Positions 1 to 14,131 of a stretch of 64,000 nt of DNA are shown here, piece after piece (positions within the stretch are counted from its first letter, which is position 1; each line of letters opens with the position of its first letter). The notes beneath the pieces are model-generated. The model was not told the DNA's origin. It did not search any database and saw only the letters and a list, made by a program, of their open reading frames with translations. This DNA is from Squalus acanthias (taxonomy: Eukaryota), in the NCBI GenBank assembly GCA_030390025.1, contig CM059434.1:110050001-110114000 (forward strand). Direction: 5' to 3'. The translations under genes were made by a program, and so were the position numbers.

Positions 1-1646
1 CGTGGTCCATCTTGCAAGATGATTTCAGCAGAGAGGGTTAGGAAAGGGTAGGTTGAGAGATTGCAAGCCCTTGGGAGAGGAGATGAAGAATTGGAATTTT
101 TAAATTGTTGCTTCTGCTAAATGGTTAGGTTAGGTAAGTTCAGTGGCCTGAAGTGGTGGCGGGGTAGATCCCAGCATTGAAAACATTTTCAGTACACTAG
201 GAAGGGAGTCCATGTAGGAATATGTTTTGCATCTGTGTATGTGTGAGCACAGTTTCTCTGGGTTGTAATAGCAGAACCATGTGAATCTATGTTACAGAAA
301 TACTCATCTGCATGGTGATGAGCGGGTAGCCCATCGCAAGAGTCAAGAGTGTTCCATAGACATAACTAGCAGGCAGTTGAGTGGGATTAACATTACCTTG
401 ATGGACTAGATTCTTCCTGTGGTTGCCCAAAGTCCTAAAATATGAAACAGAGTACTGGCTACCTTTCCTCTCCCTCATCCCGCCAGGTGCTCTAGCAACC
501 ATTGGATATTTGTTAGTTCTATTAGCAGAGGTATGAGGAGTATGGTAAGATTGGTAAAGTATTCTGAGTTGACACTCCTCAGACTGTTGATTGGTAGTTG
601 TGTTGTTTCTATGCAAAAATGCTACTAGTTGGGCCTTTTTTTGTGCAATTTGTAGTAACTATTCTCATGATTAGTATGAATTTTCCTTATTTAATGTTTT
701 GTGAAAGGCAAGTGGTTTTGCAGATGGTATTTAGTGTTTAACTTTGAAGTGGGTCCTTAGCAACAGTAATGAATATATTGTGGCTGCTGCGAAACACGAA
801 TTAAGGCCGAGTCCATGTGTGGAACACAAAGCTTTTAATTACATCTGCCTGGTAAAATGGCTGCTAACAAACTGATCTGAAAACTCTGAGGCCACGCCCA
901 CTCCTTTTCTCCTGCCTTAAAGGCAGCATGCGCCTTAAAGGCAAGGTGCCCGATTTATTGTCCACAGACGGAAAAGTGGATTGCGCCCGTTTAGGTGGCG
1001 ATCCGCCACAATATTACACAAGTCACTCTCAGGTTTTGAGTAGAAATTCCACATTCAAAAGTCAAACTCCAAGTTTTGCATTTGTATCACAAATAAGATA
1101 TAAAAGATTAAAATGAGTTAATAACTTTTTTTTTTACTGTAGTTATATTAGGTGCAGAGGCACTTTAAATCTCACCGTTGCTTTATGCGCAGTGGATTTT
1201 TCTTTTCCAGAGGTACCTGCCTATTGGAAATCTCCATAAATAGGGATTGCAGTTAGAAATCAAATACTAGGTATAGATTTCAAAATTCTGATCGTCAGAG
1301 AATGGAAAAATTGGAGGGTAGGGCAAGTTACTCAAATGTTATTGTTGCACCGTGGACTGTTCATGAGCAGTGAGGCATGGAAGCTCCTATCTCGGATAGG
1401 GGATGGTGCATGCTGTGGGGACATCAAAGAAAGTTTTTTGGTCAGTTATGCTGCTTACTTGAAAATATGTCTTGGAAGTATTTTTAATGTGTGACCTATT
1501 TGATTTTTATGTGAATTATACTGCATTGTTGCAATACTACATAAATGCCTTTGTAGAAAACAAATGACAGTTTTTAAACAGTAGGACACGTATTGAGAAA
1601 GTGCTAATTTTATTGTACTGTTTTCCTTTGTTAACTTTTGTTGCAG

Positions 1647-1735
1647 TATCCAGATGTTTGACCTTGTTGATTGAAATTCATCCAGTAAATAATACAAAAG
1701 TCTTAAAAGCTGTTGACTCTCATGTCAGAGTTCAG
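1647..1735 (+). CDS. GSAP: GSAP internal exon (SRCLTLLIEIHPVNNTKVLKAVDSHVRVQ)
   Basis: ttgcag acceptor, gtattt donor; phase 1 to 0; strong match to GSAP peptide. Confidence 0.93.
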
Positions 1736-4700
1736 GTATTTATCACTAATTGTTCCCTTAATTTTGTTTTTATTAAGCTTTATAATAAATGTTTGGCAGT
1801 TAGCAGGCCTGGTGGCATTTTAAGCAGTGTTCCTTGCTGTTTGTTTTGGGCCTCAGTGATGGGAGGTAGATTTTCACCTACAAATCTCAGATACTTTTTT
1901 CAGTCCATTAGCCAGGTCAAAGGTGAAAAGCAGAACCAGAAGTGTTCCTTCCAAAACTGTTGGGAGAGTCCGAGTGGTCTTGCGTGATTCGTTACTGAGC
2001 AGCATTGGTAGAGGCCTGTGAGCAGGACTGCCCAGCGACTTCCCCTGGAAATTATTCATGATATAAAAAGAGGGTGAGAAAGTAACTTCTTTAAAAATTG
2101 AGTGTTCAGTAAGAGGATAATATAACAAAAGCTAGTGATCAGCAAATGTGTGTACAGTGAAGAACAGTTATAGGATTTAGGATAAAAAAGACCTTACGAT
2201 TAAATCTCTCAAACCTCTTGTGACCTAGTTGGGATAGTAGTAATACAAGAGGGAAACCTGTGTCTTTTGATATCCTTCACGTAATAACAAACATATTAGC
2301 CTGCAGTAGGTTTGATTATATTTTTAAAATTAATGAAGCATATTAAAAGGTTTACAACTTTTTTTCTGGTCTCGATGTTTGTTGGGGGAAAGAGTACCTG
2401 AGGGAGTGGTGTAAAATGTAGTACTTGTTAATACTTTTTCTAAATTTTCAGGTTCAAATCTTGGAGATACTTGTGTGACCAGTCAAAAAAAAAGGAATAG
2501 TGTTTAGTGGGCATGGATGTTTAGCTTTAGTGATATATACTTTGGATGTTGTATTTTGATTTTCCAGTGGATTTTTCATTATTATTGTGTCTATATTTGA
2601 GTTTTAATAGGTTTAACCTTGGCAAACCTCTCCTTTAATTTCACTAACTCAGCCATTGTGTTTGAAAATGGTTATTCTAATTATCTTGGCAGCGGGTGCA
2701 TTTAGACACTGTATGCACAAAGGGTGCAGTAATGAAAGATTACCATATCATAGTCTGCAATTCTGGAATCAACATTTGTGTAATGGCTAACAGTGCACCT
2801 CGTGACTTAAGCATTTTAACACTGGTGTATTGTAAACATAAGAGCAGACTTGCAAAGACAGTTGATTGTGTGGTACAGGTAGTTATTGGCACAGATTACA
2901 TGGAGGAATGTCTGATTTAAAGATGAAGTGGCATGTTGTATGTTAGTTATGACATAATTAGGTATCAGGGTTTGGAATGAATTTAGGAAGTAAACTTTAG
3001 GACAAATTTTATGACTCCTAAAATTGCTAAACTTCTGAAACTGTTTCAGGACCAGAATTTTCTACTGCTTGGAAATTAACTCAATTTGTGTTGCGGGAAG
3101 GTGGAGAGCAAACAACCAACCTATCATTACATAACATTTTCTGTAAACTACTGTAAAAACATGGTTTATTCAGATTTCTAGTAAAAGTAACAAATATGAC
3201 TGCATTTCAAATTAGAACAGAGACAAATGTCTGCAAGCCATGCATAAGTTTAACCAGTTTTGTTAAGTTTTGCTTATAAAAGTGACAAGGGAGTTAATGA
3301 GCAAGCTGAGAGAGCATTAAATTTGTCTGACTGTGTTTGTAGAAAGTCTGTCTCCTGTAAAATTGTGTGCACTCTTCAGTTGCTGAGAGAGATTAGGATT
3401 TCTTTAAGCATGTCTTTATAATTCTTAAGTATAAATGAATAGTCTGTGGCCCCATTCTGACTTTAGGATATGAATGGGAGGTGTTTTGAGTTCTGTTGGT
3501 TTCCAGAGAAAGACTGCAGGCTGCTTGGCTCCTCTTCACCACAACTAGCAGGGACAATTTCAGTATCCTGAGTGTTGCAGGCGGCCTTGCAGTCCAGTAG
3601 GTAGGTATAGGTGGCACAGGCCTGGCCTGCTTTCTGTGGCTTTTCTTCCCGGAATGGTTGATTGTGGGAACATGATCAGAATGTGTTTATTAATGTGCAT
3701 TTCTGGACACAGTCCCTCCATCAGTTATCGTGCAGAGAGAGGTACAATCTGTGAAGAATTGATATGCCTGTTATTTTATCCTGAGCTGGCTGTTGCACAT
3801 TCTATGGAATGTGGTAGTTGTGCTTCCATTCCTCATGTTATCTGGGATTCTTGGCCTTTTTCAAGCTTCTTTGTTGTTCTTTGGCTGGGAGGGAGACATG
3901 GTACAGAGGATCGAAATGTATTTGCGTGGGTCTGTTGGGGAGTGGAGATGCAGTCACAGGAGAGTTGGCCCACATTGGAATGTTTTTGAATGTGACCAGA
4001 TCTTGGAGGAAATGTTTAATTTGATGTGGCAGAATATGTCATGTTAGATTAGCTGGTATTTATCTACCAGTTATTGGAAGGACATAATTTGGCCTTGTTG
4101 AAGAGTTAGCTTGGCTTCTTGACTAGTGCCAGGTTCAGAATCCACTTGTGGTCAGTGTAGCTAGGAACTCCTTTGGTTTATGTCGGGTCTCATTTTTCTC
4201 TGATTGGTGCCTTTCATGACGGTATAGATGTCCTATCCTTTTGCTTCAGATCTTTATGGGTTTGGGATGTTCTCCTTTTTGGTAGAGGAGAAGGCAATAA
4301 TGTGGACACTGAACATGGTCTCCGTGTTTCACAAAGTTAGCTTTGGGGAGGTGTGGGTTTACCATTCTCCAATATACAGTGGGTGAGCTTCACCTGCAGG
4401 AAGGACATGAACTCTGGGTCACACAGGCTGAGGTCCAGCTTTGGAATAGTTTTTTTTTATTGATTGATTGAGTTGCAGGGTGACTAGAACATGGTCAGAG
4501 AAAGCTAGTTATAGGCCTTATTCGGCAGATCGCCACTCATGGTAGGTGTGCTTGATTCAGAAGAGATGGTCAGTTTTGGAGAATCTTTGTTTTATGTGGG
4601 TTTGAATAAAATATGAATCCCTTCTCTATTGGGTAAGTGGCTCTAATCAGATGTAAGTCATTGCATCGTTCTCGGTTTGTTTTTGGCTGCTTAGTAAGTC

Positions 4701-5465
4701 CATGTCCAGGAAGCCCCTCCAACGAGAATGTTTAGGTCTCATCCCATAATTACTGTCTTCCATGTGAGCCACGGTGGGTGATACAACGTATGCAATGGGT
4801 GAATTTCATTTCCATTCTGACCACTGAGGCCCAGATTGATGCCAGTACAGCCCTAATGCTTGCTAACCCAAGCTGGGTTGAATGGAATTGTGCAAACCTA
4901 GATTACTGCTGCAATCAGCATGCATACTTTGGCTACAAGGGCTCAAGACTTTTTACTGTGGAGGCTGACCTAGTTCAGGAGTTCAAGGTGCCCACATAAA
5001 TTCCGTAACTTATTATTGGGTCTCCCCTTTGCATGGTGGGTGGGGCCTCTGTTTCAGCAGCAGGCCCTGGTTATAGTTATGGCGATGGCTATCCTTGTCT
5101 TTATAAGTACCAACTGTTTTAGTGCCACTGCTGGCATTAATCACACAAGATGCAGAGGCAGTGTTCCTCCCGAGCAGGATCTGACCAGCTAAGATGATAG
5201 CTATTTCAGACTAAAGGCAGATTTCTGTCTGGGTCACAAAGGCCAGGCACATTAAACATCATGGAGGATTCTGCATCATCTTTTACTTTGCAAAGGTGAA
5301 TGGGAAAGAATTTTTTTTAGGATAAAGCACAAGTTTTTCTTTAAATTGAGAGACAAGGTGGCTTCATTCCACAGATGCTGCCTGACCTGAGTGTTTCCAG
5401 CAATTTCTGTGTTTATTTCAGGCTTTATTTTGATGTTTAGCTTTGAGTTATTGTAACTTCAACTC

Positions 5466-6213
5466 CAACAAGCGAGAGTCTAACCACGGCCTCTTGACAT
5501 TCAATGGCATTACCATCGCCGAATCCCCCACCATCAACATCCTGGGGGGTCACCATTGACCAGAAACTTAACTGGACCAGCCACATAAATACTGTGGCAA
5601 CAAGAGCAGGTCAGAGGCTGGGTATTCTGTGGCGAGTGTCTCACCTCCTGACTCCCCAAAGCCTTTCCACCATCTACAAGGCACAAGTAAGGAGTGTGAT
5701 GGAATACTCTCCACTTGCCTGGATGAGTGCAGCTGCAACAACACTCAAAAATCTCGACACCATCCAGGACAAAGCAGCCCGTTTGATTGGCACCCCATCC
5801 ACCATCTTAAACATTCACTCCTTCCACCACTGGCGTACTGTGGCTGCAGTGTGTACCATCTACAAGATGCACTGCAGCAACTCGCCAAGGCTTCTTCGGC
5901 AGCACCTTCCAAACCCGCGACCTCTTCCACCTAGAAGGACAAGGGCAGCAGGCGCATGGGAACACCACCACCTCCAAGTTCCCCTCCAAGTCACACACCA
6001 TCCTGACTTAGAAGTATATCGTCGATCCTTCATCGTCGCTGGGTCAAAATCCTGGAACTCCCTACCTAACAGCACTGTGGGAGTACCTTCACCACACGGA
6101 CTGCAGCAGTTCAAGAAGGCAGCTCACCACCACCTTCTCGAGGGCAATTAGGGATGGGCAATAAAAGCTGGCCTTGCCAGCGACGCCCAGATCCCATAAG
6201 CGAATAAAAAAAA
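5466..6213 (+). mobile_element. CR1-clade LINE (family B), 5'-truncated 3' fragment
   Basis: RT C-terminal peptide LNWTSHINTVATRAGQRLGIL...YKAQVRSVMEYSPLAW; 3' UTR ending in an A-rich tail; same family as 28026 and 53021. Confidence 0.85.
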
Positions 6214-6558
6214 ACTTATCAGGGGTCCACCTTAAGTTTTGTCAGACTGTTTTAACGTACTCTTATTTGTATCTGGAGATGGCCGAGCAAAGAAGAATGT
6301 TAGATTACTCATTGTAGGTGTAGTCTTGCTCATTGTTTAACTATGGTACAGTCTCTATATACACATACAGCTCCCTTATAGCCTTACCCCAATGTTCTCC
6401 ATCTGACCTATTGAGATGAAACTATTAGGATTTAAAGTTTAATCATGCCTTGTGGTGCCAATATATATGCACAGGGTTTTGCTGTGGCATCTGGTTCAAA
6501 GTAAGTGTGCCAGATTGCGATCGATATTGAGATGGGTAGAGATATATCTACAGATACA

Positions 6559-6777
6559 GGGCCCAAAATTCTGTCACTTTTGGTACAAAACTGGTGTAAT
6601 TCTGGCATAGGAGCCTGGAATTTTGGGTGTTAGTCAGATATGCCAGGGTTACACGTATTAACAGACACGCTAAATTCCAGTAGAACTGCCTGCTGCCAAA
6701 ATATGTGCCTGCCTCCCAGGTGGTGCATATATGACAAGATAATGAGGGCAAAAGCTGCTGATCCAGAAATTCTGCCC
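6559..6777. mobile_element. Possible degenerate Harbinger-type MITE
   Basis: Ends GGGCCCAAAATTCTG and CAGAAATTCTGCCC form an imperfect inverted pair resembling other MITE TIRs here; TSD unclear. Confidence 0.35.
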
Positions 6778-8339
6778 TTTACACCAGAATTGCACCTGAT
6801 TTAAGTTAAGCTTGTGTGGGAAAAGAAGGGCACAATTACTTGTGTGACTTGTCAAACCAGGAAGTGGTTGCATTCACAGGCTTTGAATGTCCAATTTTGT
6901 CTGAAACATCCTTTTGTGTAGTGGAGAGCTGTGTCGTGCTTATATCTTTGCTTTGGGGTTTGGCACGCTTGAGGGTTATAGGGCCTGGCCATCTATGGGT
7001 GGCATTGGGCTGCGGGTCCTGGCATGGGTGTTAGGCAGCTAAGAATGTTAATTGCTCATTGCAGCGGAAGGATGCTATTGTGTAGGTCGTCAAGGTCGAG
7101 TATGTTGAAGCAGCCCACGGTGGGGTAGGGGGGCACTCTGAACTTGTGTTGGGGCTCTTTGCCCTCTCTAGGGGAAGCTGTTGCATTTGCTGGCAAGTTT
7201 ATTGATTTCCTGTTTCCTCTGGGTGTGGGGTATGCTGCTTCCGCTGTTCAGGAGTGAGATCCCTGTTGTTCCAGTGAAGGAGTATTTGCACATATATATA
7301 TTCCATTTGCAAAGGGTTTTCTGGAGTTGTCAGCTGATTCCTCTGAGTTGAGTGAATTTCAGCACTAGTGCTCACCTTTTTATATATGAGACTCCTGTTC
7401 TGGGTCACAGCTACAATAATCAGGTCAGCTGACAGAGTTAGTACTTTAATGAGTGCTCCTGCTGACACCGCCAAGAATTATTCCAGAAACTGGCAGATTA
7501 GCTGAGGCTGTACTTGCTGATCCAGCTTGTATGAAAGGGATGCGAGCGATTGGTCTGGGGATTTACACACTCTATTTTTCCTGGTAGCAGGGTCTTTATG
7601 CTGGTGGCTCGAGTTTTGTTGGTCAGTGGGATTGGGAGCTGCTAATGGACCTTCGGCACAGAGACTCAAACGTATAAGCTGCTCCTCCTTTACTGAACAG
7701 AACATGAAAACTGCTTTTTATTTTTCCAGTATTCTTCCTCTTTGGTCCTGAAAGCACTGAGTCATGCCATGCTATGGTTCCATGGGCACCAGCAGTCCTT
7801 TGATACTTTCCCCAAGCTTACTTTTGTGTGATCTTGGATACTGAATAAACCTAATCCAGTCCTTGCCTGATACCCACACACATGCACTCTCTAACAGACG
7901 TCACTGGATAGTAGTCAGCAATAGGAACCCTCACTCATTTCTCCACACCCCCCCCCCTTTTTTCCTCTCCTCCCACGAGCCCAGGGTCACTGAGGCCAAT
8001 TGTTGTACCCAAAATGTTGTCCTGGCTGAGATAAACAAACTCGGGAGGAATTGGGAGCAAAAAATTCTGGCCTCAGTGACTTCATACTACAATGGGTGAT
8101 ACATAAGGTGAGTGGGGGAGCAGACTGTTCATAATTTAACCAAAATTGGCAATCCCCCTTAGTGAAAGGATGGCTGGTGTGGGGAAATTGAAATGGCACG
8201 ACTGAAGTAAAGGATGCTCTTCAAAGATTGGAATTTTTGGGGCAGCGTAGAATCGGTTTTCCTCTGCTGTAACTGACTGCAGAGTGTTTGGTGTTGACAC
8301 TGGGTGACAAGAGTGCAAAAATGTTTCATTCCCTAATTA

Positions 8340-8752
8340 CAGGAAACTTTCGTTTATCCGGCATCGACGGGACCGGCGTGGTGCCGGTTTATCGAAAGTA
8401 CCGGATAACAGAGAGTTATATCTACCGAGGCTATTTTTAACAAAGAGACTCCAAGCAGCACGGGAGAATCTATTCAAGCTACTGCAATGTTTCGGACTTG
8501 CGACAGCGCCAGGAGGCCGAGTAGTGGCACTTTTGAAAAGTACCCCTACTGACTAAATCGGCGTTCGCGGACTCGGGATCGGCAACATTGCCGGTTATTT
8601 GAGAGTATTTTTCGGAGCACTCGGCGTTCGCGGAGACTCGACTGCGACTCGGCAACATTGCCGGTTATTTGAGAGGAGTTTTCGGAGGATGATTTTTGCC
8701 GGTTAAGCGAGAATTCCGGATATTTGGGTGCCGGATAAACGAAAGTTTCCTG
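8340..8752. mobile_element. Tc1/mariner-superfamily (pogo/Tigger-like) MITE
   Basis: Perfect 24-bp TIR CAGGAAACTTTCGTTTATCCGGCA, TA on both flanks, CpG-rich, internal direct repeat of about 50 bp. Confidence 0.9.
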
Positions 8753-9116
8753 TACCTTCACCAAAAAGTAATTTTGGAGATTTTTCCTTTATTTTAGTCG
8801 GCCCTTTTCTGGTTGATCCCATATATTGCTTTTGTGTGTGATTTGAATAGAAAGATAGATATAGCTCTTGTATCTTGGGAAAAGCCTCAGCTAACTATGC
8901 ATAAATGAGGAATTATGGTATTTGTATAACTTTACACACCTAACAGCAATTACTACGCTTCAAAGTAATTCGGAGTATGTGAACCACTGAGAGGTTTGAG
9001 ATGTAATAAAGCAATTTGATTCGTCGAAAATCTATGTCGTAGCACATATAATAAAGTTTTAGAAGAAGTTTGTTTCTCACAATTAATCACTTGGTCAAAT
9101 TAAAAAAAAAATTAAA

Positions 9117-9217
9117 AGAAAGATTTGCATTTATGTAGCGCCTTTTACGACCACCAGTCGTCCAAAGCGCTTTACAGCCAATGAAGTACTTTTGAAGTGT
9201 AGTCACTGTTGTAATGT
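9117..9217 (-). mobile_element. SINE/L2-type 3' tail fragment
   Basis: Reverse complement ends ...AAAGCGCTTTGGACGAC...AAGGCGCTACATAAATGCAAATCTTTCTT, related to the tail at 47570-47630. Confidence 0.6.
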
Positions 9218-9474
9218 AAAAAAAATAACCTGGGAAGACTCGCAGTTTATGCTCGTGAAGAATTCGATGGCTCTCCATTTATTGTTGAAAAGATGGACCT
9301 TATTTTATTCTGTTTAATATATTATTTGGAGAGCTGTACATTTGCACTTCTGAGGCAATGTTTGCCTGCCACTGCAACTAACTTGTATATCAAAGTGTGC
9401 AAGTTTAAAAAAAAAAAGATATTCATGCTTGTAAGTTTCACAATGTCTCTTTTTAAAAAAAATTATTTTTGCAG

Positions 9475-9544
9475 TTCCTCTATCCTGCTTCAGATACGAG
9501 GCCATTTCCTGAAAGCCACTTGCTGGTAGTTTCAGAGGACCGAT
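9475..9544 (+). CDS. GSAP: GSAP exon (FLYPASDTRPFPESHLLVVSEDR)
   Basis: tttgcag / gtaagt; phase 0 to 1. Confidence 0.92.
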
Positions 9545-9645
9545 GTAAGTTGTGTGACCATGCTGAGTCGAATGCACCAAGGTGTGGTAGTGTCACCGAG
9601 TGATAGGATGTAGTTTTGTGCAATTTTCTCCCCGATTTATTTACA

Positions 9646-10281
9646 GGGGGGGAGGGAGCAGGGGAATGTGTTTGCCGGGGTGGGGGGGATACCTGGAAAT
9701 GCCGGGAATGCGGAGATCCTGCTGAATTTAATGGCAGGACCTTGTCGTCATTTCTTTTACCCCGTTTCCCACCCAGCAGCCGGCCAGATTGACAGGCTGG
9801 TCAACTGCCAGGCGGGAAAGCCAGCAGTAGAAGGCCGCAGTTGGGTCAGTCTCCGGCAACCGGGAAAGATCGCCGCATGTTGATGAGGGGGGTTAGACGG
9901 CAGGAGGGAGGGGTGACCAAGAGTGAGGGGGACCCGGGTGAGATTGTTGGTTTTTGGGGGGGGGGGGGGGGGGGGGCAAGTCAGCCAATCGCAGCAGCAG
10001 ACGATTCGCTTGAGGGGCTGTGAGGGGGAACACTCTTACTCCTCCTGGTCCACAAGCAGTGATATAAAAACACTTACCTGCTGGATCCCACTGCTCCTGC
10101 CTCCCTTTAGCTGCTGGGTTTCCTGAGTCCTGGGAAATCCGTGGAGCAGGCGTTAAATTCAAACCGCTGTGAAAATATCACAAACAGCCTCATTTGAATA
10201 TTATAATTACAGACTCGCCTCTCCAGAGTGGGTTACTTGGACACCCTGAAACCTGCCGCGGTTCAAGTTAAAATTAAACCC
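9646..10281. mobile_element. Probable non-autonomous DNA transposon remnant (GC-rich)
   Basis: GC/CpG-rich block in an AT-rich intron with a TIR-like right end TTAAAATTAAACCC; left end unclear. Confidence 0.35.
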
Positions 10282-10876
10282 ATAGAGTTACTGATCTCAG
10301 TTGTGAGAAGGCTGAAGATTAAGGCTGAAGATTAAGGCCCAAGTGCCTTTCCTAATGAGAGGGTTGGGGCGGTGGGGGGGAGGCAAATTAGTCACTCTGG
10401 AACGCTCATTTATTTTAATGGGTGTTTATAGACTGGCGCGGATTTGGAATATCCTGTGTGACATGGGAGACTTCTGAGGGCAAGAAAAGCCAATTTTAAC
10501 ATGAGATTTATTCTATGTTTCTTTATATGAGACAAATATTGGTCCCATTATTTTTGAATAAATTTATTGCATTTGGTATGTAAATTGATCAGTAGATATA
10601 TGCTTTTCATTTTATTCGTATAATTTACTAATGACTTTGAAGTTGAATACACATGCTGCTTTGCTCAACTACAACTGATAATTTGAATTTGCTGAGAATG
10701 TTCCTAATATGAGTGAGTGTGCATAGAAAAGTGTACAATAATAGAAGGCACATTTGATTGAAAACATGGGAATAATTTATGCACCTGTATTCCTCCAGTT
10801 GAGAGCTATGTGCAATGTAACACAATCGTCTCCCAATCCTATTGTATTTCTTCTCCAAATGTAATTATTTCTTCAC

Positions 10877-11730
10877 GACACCCTGGTCCACTCCTCCATC
10901 ACCCTCAACACCCCTTCCCCTTCGCCCAGCACCTTCCCGTGCAAGCGCAGGAGATGCAACACCTGCCCTTTTACCTCCTCCCTTCCCACTGTCCAGGGCC
11001 CCAAACACTCCTTCCAGGTGAAACAGCGATTTCCTTGTACTTCTTGCAATTTAGTATACTGTATTTGCTGCTCATGATGCGGTCTCCTCTACATTGGGGA
11101 GACCAAACGCAGATCGGGTGACCGCTTTGTGGAACACCTCCGTTCAGTCTGTAAGCATGACCCCGAGCTTCCAGTCGCCTGTCACTTTAATTCTCTGCTC
11201 CAATCCCACTCTGATCTGTTCGTCCTCAGCCTCTTGCACTGTTCCAATGACTCTCAACGTAAGCTCGAGGAACAGCATCTCATCTTTCTATTAGGCACTT
11301 TACAGCCTTCTGGACTCAACATCGAGTTCAACAATTTCAGCCCATAACCTCGGCCCCTTTTATAAAAAAAAAAATTTTTTTTCTCTCACATGGCAGCTGT
11401 TGATGATTCTGCCATTGCCATTTACACCTCATCTAGAGCCATCTTTTGTTTCTTAACTTGTCCCATTATCATCTCCTTTTGCCTTGCAACATCATCCCTT
11501 TTGTCTTTTAATCTCTCCTGCCTTCCATCCTATCACAGACCTTCCCTTTTGTTCTTTCCTCCTTTCCCCCCTTTCCCTGCCCCTACACTTGCTTAAAAAT
11601 CTGTTACATCTCTAAACTTTTTCCAGTTCTGACGAAGGGTCATCGACCTGAAACGTTACCTCTGGTTTTTCTCTCTCCACGGATGCTGCCTGACCTGCTG
11701 AGTGTTTCCAGCATTTTCTGTTGTTATTTT
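10877..11730 (+). mobile_element. Penelope-like element 3' part (GIY-YIG endonuclease, pLTR, hammerhead)
   Basis: Degenerate GTFPCKRRRCNTC / VYCI.CS.CGLLYIGET...R..EHL peptides; hammerhead motif at 11629-11657. Confidence 0.88.
11625..11660 (+). ncRNA. Minimal type I hammerhead ribozyme motif (PLE pLTR)
   Basis: agtt-CTGACGA-ag-GGTC atc GACC-t-GAAAC-GTT. Confidence 0.7.
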
Positions 11731-12066
11731 TTGTCATTATTTCTTTGTTTTGGTTTGTACGCTGGTGTGTCATTTTTCTACATACAAAAGTTGTACCTCT
11801 AGCATATTTGACACACTTTTAAAATGCTATGTTCAAAGTCTGCACCCGATTGGTTCAAATATTGCATTCATAAAACAGTAATAAATCACAACTGAAAAGA
11901 TGGAGAACCTAATGATGAACAGTTATCTTTAAAAAGATACAGAGAAAGAAAGTCAGTCATTTGCAGCTAGACCTGGAGCTGGGCATCTACGAGCAGCTGC
12001 CAATCTACAAACTTCCATCACCAGCCGGCGTGGTATCTAATTCACCTCCTAATATGCTTACTTTGT

Positions 12067-13760
12067 ACATAAGAGCATAAGAAACAGGAGCAGGAGTAGG
12101 CCAATTGGCCCCTTGAGCCTGCTCCGCCATTCAATAAGATCATGGCTGATCCAATCTTGGCCTCAACACCACTTTCCCGCTCTCTCCCCATACCCCTTGA
12201 CTCCCTTGTAGTTCAAATGTCTGTCAATCTCCGCCTTGAATATATTCAATGACTCCGCCTCCACAGCTCTCTGGGGTAGAGAATTCCAAAGATTCACGAC
12301 CCTCAGAGAAGAAATTCCTTCTCATCTCCGTCTTAAATGGGCAACTCCTTATTCTGAAACTATGCCCCCTAGTTCTAGATACCCCCACTAGGGGAAACAT
12401 CCTCTCAGCATCCACCCTGTCAATCCCCTTCAGAATCTTATATGTTGCAATAAGATCACCTCTCATTCTTCTAAACTCCAATGAGTATCGGCCCAACCTG
12501 CTCAACCTTTCGTCATACGTCAACCCCTTCATCCCAGGAATCAACCTAGTGAACCTTCTCTGCACTGCCTCCAATGCAAGTATATCCTTCCTTAAATATG
12601 GAGACCAAAACTGTACGCAGTACTCCAGGTGCGGTCTCACCAGCGCCCTGTAAAGTTGCATCAAAACTTCCCTACTTTTATACTCCATACCCCTTGCAAT
12701 AAAGGCCAACATTCCATTAGCCTTCCTAATTACTTGCTGTACCTGCATGCTAACTTTTTGTGTTTCATGTACAAGGACCCCCAGATCCCTTTGTACTGCA
12801 GCATTTTGTAGTCTCACTCCATTTAAATAATAATTTGCTTTTTCATTCTTCCTTCCAAAGTGGATAACCTCACATTTTCCCACAATATACTCCATCTGCC
12901 AAATTTTTGCCCACTCACTTAACCTATCTATATCCCTTTGCAGACTCTTTGTGTCCTCCTCACAAATTGCTAACCCACCTATCTTTGTATCATCAGCAAA
13001 TTTGGCTACAGTACATTCGGTCCCTTCATCCAAGTCATTAATATAGATTGTAAATAGTTGAGGCCCCAGCACTGATCCCTGTGGCACCCCACTAGTTACC
13101 GTTTGCCAACCGGAAAATTACACATTTATCCCGACTCTCTGTTTTTTGTTAGTTAGCCACTCCCCTATCCATGCCAATATATTACCCCCAACCCTGTGCG
13201 CTCTTATCTTGTGCGGTAACCTTTTATGTGGCACCTTATCGAATGCCTTCTGGAAATCCAAATACATTACATCTACTGGTTCCCCTTTATCCACACTCTA
13301 GCAAATTTGTCAAACACGATTTCCCTTTCATAAAACCATGTTGACTCTGCTTGATTGTCTTATGTTTTTCTAAATGTCCTGCTATTACCTCCTTAATAAT
13401 GGATTCCAGCATTTTCCCAATGACAGATATTAGGCTAACTGGCCTATAGTTTCCTGCTTTCTGTCTCCCTCCTTTCTTGAATAGTGGCATTACATTTGCG
13501 GTTTTCCAATCCGCTGGGACCTCTCCAGAATCCAGGGAATTTTGGTAGATTACAATCAACGCATCCACTATCTCTGCAGCCACTTCTTTTAAGACCCTAG
13601 GATGCAGGCCATCAGGTCCAGGGGACTTGTCGGCCTTTAGCCCCATTAGTTTGCCTGGTACTTTTTCTCTCGTGATAGAGATTGTTTTAAGTTCCTCTCT
13701 CCCTATAGCCCCTTGATTATCTATTATTATTGGGATGTTTTTCGTGTCTTCTACCGTGAA
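12067..13760 (-). mobile_element. CR1 LINE (family A-related), 5'-truncated ORF2 with an internal deletion
   Basis: ORFs 12224..13087 ([14 protein letters not shown]) and 13287..13802 (KSPGPDG, NYRPVSL); (TTCTTATG)-type tail. Confidence 0.92.
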
Positions 13761-14081
13761 GCCAGTTAAACGCTGCTCGACCTTAACAATAGAATGATAC
13801 ATTATGCATTATATAGTATAGTGCCCCTGTAATTAAAGAAACACGTTTATCCTCTGACACCATAACACCAAGGGAGAGTAGTGAGCGTTTTATGTATCAT
13901 CACCGTAACTACAGTGTCTCCATTCATGTACCTGTATTTTTTATTTTGTTGCCCTCTAACACTTTCACGTTTTAATATCGAATCCTGTCCAAGCTCCATT
14001 TTGTTTTTTTAAACTCAATTTTGCATGTCCATCAAAAACTGAGCACCCTAAAATTGATTTAAACATTTTTTTCTTGTTTAG

Positions 14082-14131
14082 GCATTGAGCATATTCACAT
14101 AAGAGTGGCCGTTGAAGAAGGTTACCGAGTG
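14082..14131 (+). CDS. GSAP: GSAP exon (CIEHIHIRVAVEEGYRV)
   Basis: gtttag / gtaagc; phase 1 to 0. Confidence 0.88.

Noticed and set aside
1-5300. Possible very old LINE remnants (about 1-560 and 3400-4500, minus strand)
   Set aside because: Only faint peptide hints; family and boundaries cannot be supported by eye
5369-5422. PLE tail fragment as another hammerhead
   Set aside because: Contains only the downstream tail, with no CUGANGA or GAAA core
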